A stretch of 31,065 nucleotides of DNA, from the NCBI RefSeq assembly GCF_006345805.1, contig NW_021832453.1, positions 1-31,065 of the forward strand, given 5' to 3'. Position 1 is the first letter of the stretch. Each line of letters starts with the position of its first letter. This document shows, piece after piece, positions 21,801 through 31,065 of this stretch. A program made the position numbers and the translations under genes. Source of the DNA: Octopus sinensis (taxonomy: Eukaryota). The notes beneath the pieces are model-generated. The model was not told where the DNA came from and did no database searches. It was given only the letters and a program-made list of their open reading frames with translations.

Positions 21801-24422
21801 TATATCGACCTGGTGGATGTATTTTCCAGACACATTTCTCTCAGTGAAATGTTGTCTTCCACTTTATATCTACAGGACCTGACAGTTTCTGATAAAGGCA
21901 GACGTATTCCTCTCCCTAAACATTTGGGAGACAAAAGACCAGCGAAGATTAAACGTTTGGTTCTTACTGAAAATAATCTGATTGCAGGATGTGACAGGAA
22001 GAATGGATACATTAAGATATTCACATTGGATGGTCACCTTATGGATTCAATCAAAGTGAAAGTTTATAGAGATATTAAAATGTGTCGATGGCAGTCAAAC
22101 ACACTGGTCATTACGACTGGGGATCGTTCTAATAAACACCAATTGTGGACATTAAAAGTGGAATTTCCATTGTCGTTGGTAATTTACAAAACGAGAAATA
22201 ATTATAATTGTGTGGCTTCTTTATCAAACAATCAACTGGTTTTGAGTGAAAAGAGAGATGGAAGACATTTGCATTTTGTTGATATTAATGAAATACATTC
22301 GAGTGTGAAGGAAATAAAAAAAATAGACATACCTGAACCATTAATAGAGAGAAGCAGAGATGGAAAGTATTCTGATATAATCCGGGATATTAAAGTTACT
22401 GATGAAGATGTCATCATTGTCTTCAACGAAAGATTCATCATTTTCTTCAACAGTGGTGGTCAATATTTACATTCAGTCAGACACTACATGGAGTATTATG
22501 TTGGTGATGATGACAGGATGACAATTGATGACAGTTTTTTGTACATTTATGGTGAGTGGGAGAAATGTTTTGTTTCATCTGGATATCGAAATATTTTGTG
22601 TTTGACCCAGAATGGGGAATACAAGAGAATATTTTTAAATAAAAGAATTTATAAAGATAGAGTAGATTTCTCCAGTATAGACTGTAAAGGACCAAGGTTT
22701 GTTGGAAGCCCCAGGAGGAATGAATGTATGTTGAAGGGTTGTTTATGGTGAATCGAGACAGCTTCCCGGTTGCTCGTTTACAACAGACGAATGTCCTGTT
22801 CAGAGTAAAAGATTTTGATGTCTCTGAGGAAGGAAAGACAGTTGTGTGTGAAAAAGCCAATAATGGAAATGTTAAAATATTCGATGAAGACGGCCAGTTG
22901 CTATGTCACAGAAATGTTGCAAGTTTAGTTGGTGGTGTGTGTTTTACACAAGAATCACACATAATGGCCACGGTTCCTAAAAGGAAAGAAATATTTCAAC
23001 TGAATGGAGAAGATTTGCAGACATCTCAAGTTTGGTCGAGTCTCATCCCTTATGGTGTAATATGGAGAAAAGTGGCGGGTATTTACTGGTGTGTACATAA
23101 TGAATTGATTGAATGTCATTGCATAAAGATTGATGGGGACCAAGTGAACATTCTGGAATCTGTGTCGTCATTAAATCTTGATTCTGGTCTTCGTTCCCTT
23201 CCATTACATCTGAAACGAACAAGGAAATATTCAGTAATGAATTAATTAATAAATTGGAATACAGAGGAGGAGATGGAGATGGAGGAGGAAGAAGAAGAGG
23301 TAAATCAGGTGAAATAATTGGTAAAGGTAGATTAAAGGTGAGATGTGGTAATTACATAGCGGAGATTAATAATTCAGGAATTGATGAAATATCAGTGAGG
23401 AGACTTCCATATAGGACAGCAATGGTCCCTTTTTCCATTCCTGCATTCGAGGAACCTGTTGATTATGATTTGAGGGACATTAGGGACCTGAACAGTAAAC
23501 TAATTAAGTTAGATGAGAATGTGAGTGTGTTGATGTTTCGAGAAAGTGTCACATTAATCAGAACAACAACAACAACAGTGGACATACTTCAACATGAACA
23601 ACAACACGACCACCACTGGACATATGTCGGTGGACAGAGGAATGTTTCATTGTCGCCTTTGGAGAGAAATGAGGGTCTTCAACAGGGATCTCTCGTCGTT
23701 TAAAAACCATCAGAACTGAGAAATACTACAACAGGATTTTAAATACAACGACAATCAACTCGTGTGTGGTGGTCATTATATTAGAGACATAACTCAAGAA
23801 GAGAGAGACGAGAAATACGAAAGAATATGGGAAAACAACAAGGATTACTATTTTGCAAAGACCCTGACATCTTTGACCCTTATTATGTGGATGTGTTGAT
23901 ATTGAAGATGGGAAATGTAAAGATGAAGTGTGTCGTGGGAAGATGGGGATATGGAAGGTTTGAGGGAGATGAAGGGGTGGATGATGTGGGAGTCACATCT
24001 TTTGGTGATGTTGTTGTTGTGAGGAGGGAGATGAGGAGGAGAAGGGGTCTGGAGATTGGGAAGTTTTGTGTTTTGTGGAATGGTTCAGGGAAAAGTCTTT
24101 GGTGAGGAGGATAAGAATAAAAGGAATATTTATTGGTCAGAAATATTATAATCCAAGACCTCGTCTGACCATAATTGGTGAATGTGTTTATATAACAGAT
24201 ACAATAAACAATATTTACGAAATACCTCGACAGATTGAAGAGGAAACATCTGAAGTTATTAAAATCTGGGGATTAAAAGATAATCCAAAATATTTACTCC
24301 TCAGATGGGATGATAATGAAGTCTTTGCAGTTCTTGGTTTGGATGTTTCAGACAATTCTTTGATGGTTTTTGGAATTATTCTTGGACGTCAATCTTTTGC
24401 TTTCTTTTATTTTGACAAATAA
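18896..24422 (+). CDS. Giant terminal exon (~1840 codons after repair) of an uncharacterised protein: helical linker plus six tandem NHL/TRIM-like beta-propeller modules. Frameshifted in this sequence.
   Basis: TTTTATTTCAG acceptor at 18895. Seven long overlapping ORFs (18913-24422) join into one reading when single bases are restored in homopolymers. Blade motifs such as LVIGEICNLSNGQLVVSDINHDCLLYISEEG and DICRWDSNHIGVTLP recur. The stop TAA (24420-24422) lies inside AATAAA (24418-24423). Confidence 0.8.
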
Positions 24423-24801
24423 ATATTTTCAGAAATATTAAACTTCAATCTTCTTCTTCTTCTTATTGTTGTTGTTGTAAATGCTTCGCCCGGGAATCGA
24501 ACCTGCATCGCATACATTGCATTCTACACACTTATTGTCGTAACATTCCTCAACCCTTCTCTTTGTGTGTGTGTGTATATTTATGTACAGTATATGTACA
24601 TGTGTTTATATATATATACACACATATTTAAGAGGATGTATGTATAGAAATAAGGCTATAAGTATGTATTTTTGTGGTGTATATGTGTTGTATATATATA
24701 TATAATATTATATATATATATATATGCTTGCATGTATGTATAGGAATGTCTGGTCCGAAAGCAGAGACTTTCATAATCATTGATTCTCCATTAAAAGGCA
24801 A

Positions 24802-25095
24802 CGACCACCGCCGCCGTCTCCGCCGTCGTCGTCTCCGCCGTCGTCGTCTCCGCCGTCGCCGTCGTCGTCGTTTCCGCCGTCGTCGTTTCCGCCGTCGTCT
24901 CCGCCGCCGTCGTCGTCGTCATCATCATCATCATCATTATCGTCATCATCATCACCATCATCATCGTCATCATCATCATCGTCATCACCATCATCGTCAT
25001 CATCGCCATCATCATCGTCATCATCATCATCATCGCCATCATCATCGTCATCATCATCATCATCGTCGTCATCATCACCATCATCATCATCATCG

Positions 25096-25186
<91 letters not shown>

Positions 25187-25518
25187 AGTCATCATCGTCA
25201 TCATCATCATCATCATCATCGTCGTCATCATCATCGCCATCATCGTCATCATCATCATCATCATCATCATCGTCATCATCATCTTCTTCATCATCATCAT
25301 CATCGTCATCATCATCGCCATCATCATCGTCATCATCATCATCATCATCGTCGTCGTCATCATCATCACCATCGTCGTCATCATCGCCATCATCATCGTC
25401 ATCATCATCATCGTCGTCGTCATCATCACCATCATCATCACCATCGTCGTCATCATCATCATCATCGTCGTCATCATCACCATCATCATCGTCATCATCA
25501 TCATCGTCGTCGTCATCA
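24802..25518. repeat. Cryptic trinucleotide array (CGC/CGT grading into CAT with CGT/CAC/CGC variants)
   Basis: Uninterrupted triplet periodicity for ~240 units. It produces the poly-Arg/His (+) and poly-Met/Thr (-) ORFs. Confidence 0.97.
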
Positions 25519-25680
25519 GCGTTGTGTGTGCGTGTGTGCAGTCTGCATCTGACAGTTTTTAACGTTTAATAAGAATAGATTGTTGTTGTTGTTCTTGCAG
25601 TGACATTCCAACTGCACACACGCACAAACATTGCCTTTCGTCCTCGTAGGGTTGTTCTTGTTGTTGTTGCTGTTGGGGGT

Positions 25681-26035
25681 TCATAAAAAAAGAGAAGGAC
25701 ACTTTAAGAAGCATTCAGTAAAAGCTTTCCCATAGCTGGTCATTTTTCACGCTAGAAATAGAAACCACTTTATTTTTCATATAAATTTTGAAGGACAGAT
25801 AAGAAGCATTCATAAATAAAATTGACCTGTATATGGTCTCATTTCATGCTAGAAAGAGCCATCTAAACCTTCACATTTTTGTTTCATCACAAATAAAAAT
25901 CGATGGACAATTTCCAAAGCATCCATGTCAAATATTGTCCTATAGATGGCCTAACATATGCTAGAAATAACAGCCAAATACTCTGAAATTGTATCGTTTT
26001 TCATAAAAAAAGTGAAGGACACTTTAAGAAGCAAC
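25681..26035. repeat. Degenerate ~100-115 bp tandem repeat (~3.3 units)
   Basis: CATAAA...GAAGGACACTTTAAGAAGCA at 25681 and 26001, with weaker copies at ~25778 and ~25888. The first three units contain GCTAGAAA (25751, 25848, 25960). Confidence 0.65.
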
Positions 26036-27058
26036 TCTAAAAATATTGTCCTGCGGCGGTTTAAGTGTAAAAATTATAAAAGTATGCATCTATGAGTTTT
26101 ATGTGTTTAAAAAACATAGCAAAGACATGTGTGTATATGTAGATATATACATGTGTATAAAGGTATTTTTTATAAAAATGGTATTTTTGAATGAATTTTG
26201 TAGAAATAACTTTCAAACGATGCAGATTACGATTAAAAAGAAATTTGTTGGCAAAATGTTTTGTAAGGGTTCGAGGAAAAAGTGTGTGATTTAAGGGAGA
26301 TTTGGCTGTTGTTTCTAGCACACCACCCTCCTTGTCTTCTTTTTTTTTTCTCATTTTTTCCCTCAGAAACACATTTATGTTACAAAAAAATAAAAAATAT
26401 TTTTAAATCTCTGATTATTTTTAGCCCCACTTCCTGGCCCCCGATTCTTTCTCTTTATATAATTGTAAAATATTGGAGAGCCTGAGAAGATTCTTGCTGG
26501 GATTTATCCACAGGGATTTAAATAAGAGCTTTGTAAAAGAGGATTCTTTTGAGAGCATCCTTTTCTGTTAGAAAATGAAAGTGGAAGTTTCATTAAAATA
26601 TCCATTTTCCTGGAAGTTATGAGGAAACAAAGTCGATGGGGTGTTCATCTGTAGTTATGCCACAGGATGTATATTATATATATATATAACTGTAGAAATG
26701 TGGTGTGTATATATATATATTATATAATTATGGTGGTTTGTGTATACATTTATTCATGTATATGTACAAGTTTAAAAAAGAATATCAAAAGATGTTGGAA
26801 TATTTGAGGTATTGGATAAATTCCGACTCAGGATTGCCAATACATTTATATAGGAATATAAATATACATCATTATTATACGTAGCCTTCTTGCACACACT
26901 AAGCATACCCCGTAGAAAAGACGACGGGTAAATCCATCTGTGACAACCCATGCTTAAGGGTGTCTGGTGATATTTCGGGTCTGGTATCACACAAACCGCC
27001 CAGTCTGGAGTCTCTCTCTAAACTTCTTCTGCCGCTTCCCGTTCAATTGTTTCTATTT

Positions 27059-27256
27059 GTTGCCTAGCAACGCTAATTTGAATGACAAAAAACGTGGAGA
27101 AAAAGGCGGGAAATTTAGACAAAACTTTGTCTAAATTATTTATTTAAAATCAAAGAGACATTGTCAGCATTTTTATGAATTAAATAATGTTAAATGACAT
27201 TAAGGTCTCACAATTAAGTCATTAATTAGGAATTATAATTAATTTGGACGCGAAAA
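27059..27256. promoter_or_regulatory. Putative promoter: RFX X-box, CHR-like site and two E2F-type sites
   Basis: GTTGCCTAGCAAC at 27059-27071, TTTGAA at 27077-27082, GGCGGGAAA at 27105-27113 and CGCGAAAA at 27249-27256, in a locally CpG-retaining non-repeat patch. Confidence 0.5.
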
Positions 27257-27544
27257 GAAAGGAAAACTAACGGATGTGTGTATATGTATGTATTTATGTA
27301 TGTACATAAGCAGGTAAATATTTATATATGTAAGTGTGTATGATATTTACATACGTCTATAGAGAGGAGAAGGGGGAGAGAGAGGGTGGGTATTACACAT
27401 GTATACACATAAGACGAATGATGTCTGGGTGTGGTCGGTGTGTCTGTGTGTGTGTGTATACACGCCTGTTTATGTTTGTGCGTGTGTGTTATTTATGTGT
27501 GATGTTGTTTGTGGTGTGTGTGTGTATCCGGGAACGTCACTTTC

Positions 27545-27570
27545 TGCCTCTCTCTCTCTATATCTGACTG

Positions 27571-27601
<31 letters not shown>

Positions 27602-27757
27602 CTATCTATATATATCTATATTATATATATATATATTATATATATATTATATATATATATATATTATATATGTCTGTTTGACTCTCTCCCTCTCCCTATC
27701 TATCTACCATCTCTCTCTCTCTATCTGTCTATCTTTTTATGAATATATCTATTTATG

Positions 27758-27812
<55 letters not shown>
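27545..27812. repeat. (CT)n/(CTAT)n/(TA)n microsatellite block
   Basis: Direct repeat runs. Confidence 0.93.
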
Positions 27813-27814
<2 letters not shown>

Positions 27815-28005
27815 CCTTTTACTCTTTTACTTGTTTCAGTCATTTGGCTGCGGCCAAGCTGGAGCACCGCCTTTAATCGAGCAACTCGATCTCGGGACTT
27901 TTTCCTTTGTAAGCCTAGTACTTATTCTACGGACCGTTTTGCCGACCCGCTAAGTAACGGGGACGTAAACATCGGTTTGTCAAGCAATGCTAGGGGGACA
28001 CACAG
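27813..28005 (-). mobile_element. SINE-like repeat (family of 13520-13698)
   Basis: TTTTACTTGTTTCAGTCATT...GTAAGCCTAGTACTTATTCT...CATCGGTTTGTCAAGCAATG. Confidence 0.78.
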
Positions 28006-28033
28006 ACACACTCATATATATATATAAATATAT

Positions 28034-28195
28034 ACGACGGGCTTCTTTCAGTTCCATCAAACAAATCCACTCACAGGGCTTTGGTCGGCCCGAGGCAATA
28101 GTGAAGACACTTGCCCAAGATGCCACGCATGGGACTTGTACCCGGAACCTGTGGTTGGTAAACAAGCTACTTACCACACAGCCACTCCTGCGCCT
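28034..28195 (-). mobile_element. tRNA-derived SINE head (family of 15556-16005)
   Basis: The reverse complement reads GGCGCAGGAGTGGCTGTGTGGTAAGTAGC...GGTTCCGGGTACAAGTCCC...CTTGGGCAAGTGTCTT. Confidence 0.8.
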
Positions 28196-28333
28196 ACACA
28201 CATACACACACACACACACACATACACACATACACACATACATATATATATATTAATTAAGGGTAGAAATTGATATTTATCAATTAAGACCAGTGGTCTA
28301 GCATATTAAAAAAGAATACAAGATTAAAATATT

Positions 28334-28507
28334 TATATATACCAATTGAGGACTGAACACAAAAGTGGACAGTCAACATGCTAGATATAGACGTCAAATC
28401 GCCATTCTCCACAAAAGATTATGTTCTCAGATCAAACTCACCAAGTTTTTGTACGAAACATAATAAACTGTCCACTTTTCGTGTTCAGTCCTCAATTGGT
28501 ATATATA
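28334..28507. mobile_element. Foldback/MITE-like element with ~40-bp inverted arms
   Basis: TATATATACCAATTGAGGACTGAACAC-AAAAGTGGACAGT (28334-28373) matches the reverse complement of 28467-28507 with one indel. TA context on both sides. Confidence 0.8.
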
Positions 28508-29617
28508 TAATATACTTTATTTTAAGCAGCAGAAAATTCAACAAAATCTGTTACTCTCTGAGTTCTCGTTGCCGTTCATCAGACAGTTTTGGCTAGAATG
28601 GAACATATATTTAATTCAATCTATACTCTTACAAACGCTACAACCTTTAAAAGAAATGGACTTGTTTGATTGGCCCTTTAGAAAAAACGGTCAATCTTCG
28701 AGCGATAAACAAAAGGTCAAAAATATATGTATATATATATAAAAAAAACTTATAAAAATTATAAAAATTATAAAATCCGGAGGAAAAAAAAAAAAAAAAA
28801 AACCCGAGGAAAAAAACTATTGCCGTTAATGAAGACAGTACAAATTAATGCATAGAAATTAAACCTGTTATAAATACTGCAATACAATTTATATTAAAAT
28901 CCACATATATATATCAACATACACAAAAGGATGCGCGTAAACGGCATACATACATATACAGACGTATGAATATGAAATCTAATTATACACATAAAAGCAT
29001 GTGTACATATATTCACGCAAACCGTCTCGCACGCAAGCTAAAATTCATCTATGTAGCAATTCTCATATACTGAGCAAGGAGGGGGAACGAAAGAAAGGGA
29101 AAGAGAGAAAAGGAACGAAAGAGGTGGTGGGGGAAACTTGTAGCGATGTGTTATTGCATCTATAGAGGCCAGTATACATACACAATTTGAATTGATACAT
29201 ATACATACCGTCGTGTGTATGTGTGCTTAAGCACAGCATACTTTCACTTACACATACACAGATACGTATGCTTACAAATACATATGCTTTGCTATACCAA
29301 ACTTATATAAACATTCTAAATTTGACAACATTGCTTTTTTAAAAAAAAAAAAACATTGCTTTTAAAAAAAATGGTGCATTAATAAATATATACGAAAGAC
29401 ATATAAAATAAAATATAACATCCTATTTTGGGTCATTTATAAATAATCAGGTAATATAAATAATCAAGGTAATTCTATGCAATACAATAACATGAAAACA
29501 AAGTTTGTAGGTTTTTTCCTAATATATATGTAAAACAATAAGACTTTGCTATAGATCCGTCGTAGCGCTTAAGAGTCAAAATCAAAAATCAAAAATCAAA
29601 ATACAAAATAATATACT

Positions 29618-30972
29618 CTATCCATATGGTATATTTATATTCGACATTTTTAATTTTGCCGCGTGCCTACATAAGTTCATTAACTCACTTCTTTGAATCA
29701 AAGAATTATTGTCTTTGAATAATATGTTCATTTTTTCTAATAAGCAAAGCTTGCACTTGAAATAATATTTGTAAGCTCCATGCCTGTATGGTGCCGCCTG
29801 TCCAGAATGCTCCATGTCACGTTGAAAGGGGGCTTCCTTTTCTTTTAGTTCCCAGACATATTTTGCTAGGCTGGTTTCTTTCCTATTCTCTGGGTATTTA
29901 AAAATTTCTTATGAGAATAAAATCTTGTTTTAAATGAATTTTCTGAAGCCCCTGTGTATGTCTTGTATTCCGATGAGCCTTCCACTTGCACCTTGGCTCT
30001 ATAAACTACTCCTTTCACTAGACATTTCCCTTCTAACGGACAGGAGCTTTCGTTTTTGCAATTACATTTCTTAATGGGCTCGGCACCATGTCTAATCTCA
30101 ATTAGCTTCCTATTATGTTGGCTAATGTAAAAGGCGAAATTTCTGCAACAAGAATAGCTAACCTTCAGGTTCTTCTATTAAATATTCTGTAGAATTTTAT
30201 GACCCTGCTTAAAATGCTTAGAGACTAATCTCAAAAATTCCTTACCTATATTAGTCTTTACGGCCAAATTGAAAGCCGGGTTGAACCACAAAACTTTCCT
30301 GGTCCTAGTTCTTCGTGCAGCATTATTATTAGCATTAAGCTGGTTGAACTGGATCTTATCCGAGAATCCACTATTCTTTAATGCGCTATCGTAATAAGGT
30401 GCAGCATTTGGAATGCTGCCTCGTCCGAAGAAATTGAAGATATTCTTCTACCTACATTGCTGACTAAGTTGCTAAGGATAACTGGTGGATGGTTCGAATC
30501 TTTGCTAATATACGATAGCTTTTCATTGGGCTTACGGAAAGGTTTAAATCTATCCGATCTTACATTAAAATTTACGTCTAAAAAATCTACACTATTCAGG
30601 TTAGTATCTACGTAATCCGTAAGCCCATCCTTAAAGAAAGCTATAGGTCCTTCCTAAGTCTATCTGATTCATGGCCGTTTAGATTATGCGTGGCTATAGG
30701 CCGTCATCCCTATATAGACCTGCCCTCTATAATGGGAATTCTATTTTTAGATTATGGAGAATAAAGGCTCCTATGAGCATACATAATTCAGCCCCTCGTA
30801 TGCCCCCATCGTACATCGAAAAAAGAATCCTCAGTCTTCTTAATCCGGTGGAACCTCGAAAACAGAAGCGATTTCTCGCATGCATAATAATTCAATTTCC
30901 GAGCTATCGATGTTGACACACTGCTTGGCGAAGTCCAATGCCCTTAGGAGCAACGTCCTAGATATCGACGGG
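29618..30972 (-). mobile_element. 5'-truncated Penelope-like retroelement (Naiad-type RT plus C-terminal GIY-YIG endonuclease), frameshifted
   Basis: Manual minus-strand translation across frameshifts: PSISRTLLLRALDFAK, IMHARKSLLF, FDVTMGAYEGAELC, GLYRDDGL, VDFLDVNFN, SKDSNHPPVIL, RKVLWFNP, CNCKNESSCPLEGKCLVKGVVY...YTG, CKLCLLEK...RSELMNLCRH. Confidence 0.9.
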
Positions 30973-30973
30973 T

Positions 30974-31025
30974 AATATATATATATATATATATATTATT
31001 ATATATATATATATATATATATATA
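30974..31025. repeat. (TA)n microsatellite at the 5' truncation point of the Penelope-like element
   Basis: Direct run abutting 30972. Confidence 0.9.
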
Positions 31026-31065
31026 TCTGTCTGTATTTAACTCTCTCACTTTGTCTTTATCTACA

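Noticed and set aside
19440-22860. Minus-strand ORFs at 19440-19784, 20364-20825, 21800-22024, 22232-22450 and 22477-22860
   Set aside because: They are antisense shadows of the + strand coding exon, with no recognisable motifs.
24482-24503. tRNA-like minus-strand GGTTCGATTCCCGGGCGAAGCA
   Set aside because: Only a T-arm and 3' acceptor half are present, with no matching 5' half or anticodon arm. It is a tRNA or SINE fragment, not a tRNA gene.
24674-25552. 292-aa His/Arg-rich ORF (+) and 241-aa Met/Thr ORF (-) as real genes
   Set aside because: Both are fully explained by the triplet array, with no unique coding context or splice support. They are kept only as a repeat finding.
29700-30080. 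Selenocysteine UGA codons in the Naiad-type ORF
   Set aside because: The conserved Cys codons inspected are TGT/TGC, and no in-frame TGA was seen at those positions.

Overview
AT-rich, microsatellite-dense eukaryotic genomic DNA. The SINE/MITE repertoire looks like octopus/cephalopod, which is my recognition and not a database result. The main feature is a ~5.5 kb intronless + strand coding segment (18896-24422). It reads as a coiled-coil-like linker followed by six tandem, diverged NHL/TRIM-type beta-propeller modules. It is split into many ORFs by ~20 single-base indels, nearly all deletions in homopolymer runs, which look like long-read assembly errors rather than decay. Candidate upstream exons (6068-6189, ~9452-9650, 10805-10974, ~17520-18197, 18410-~18751) may belong to the same gene. 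Mobile DNA includes an RTE-like LINE fragment joined to a decayed mariner (2.7-4.7 kb) and an internally deleted Chapaev3-type transposon with TIRs and a TAA TSD (11584-12938). There is also a stacked tRNA-SINE cluster (13.5-16.3 kb), a 358-bp SINE-tail palindrome, two foldback MITEs and a 5'-truncated Naiad-type Penelope element (29.6-31.0 kb). Other notable items are a 0.7 kb CGT/CAT triplet array and an X-box/E2F/CHR promoter-like patch at 27.06-27.26 kb. Most short ORFs in the track are microsatellite artefacts.
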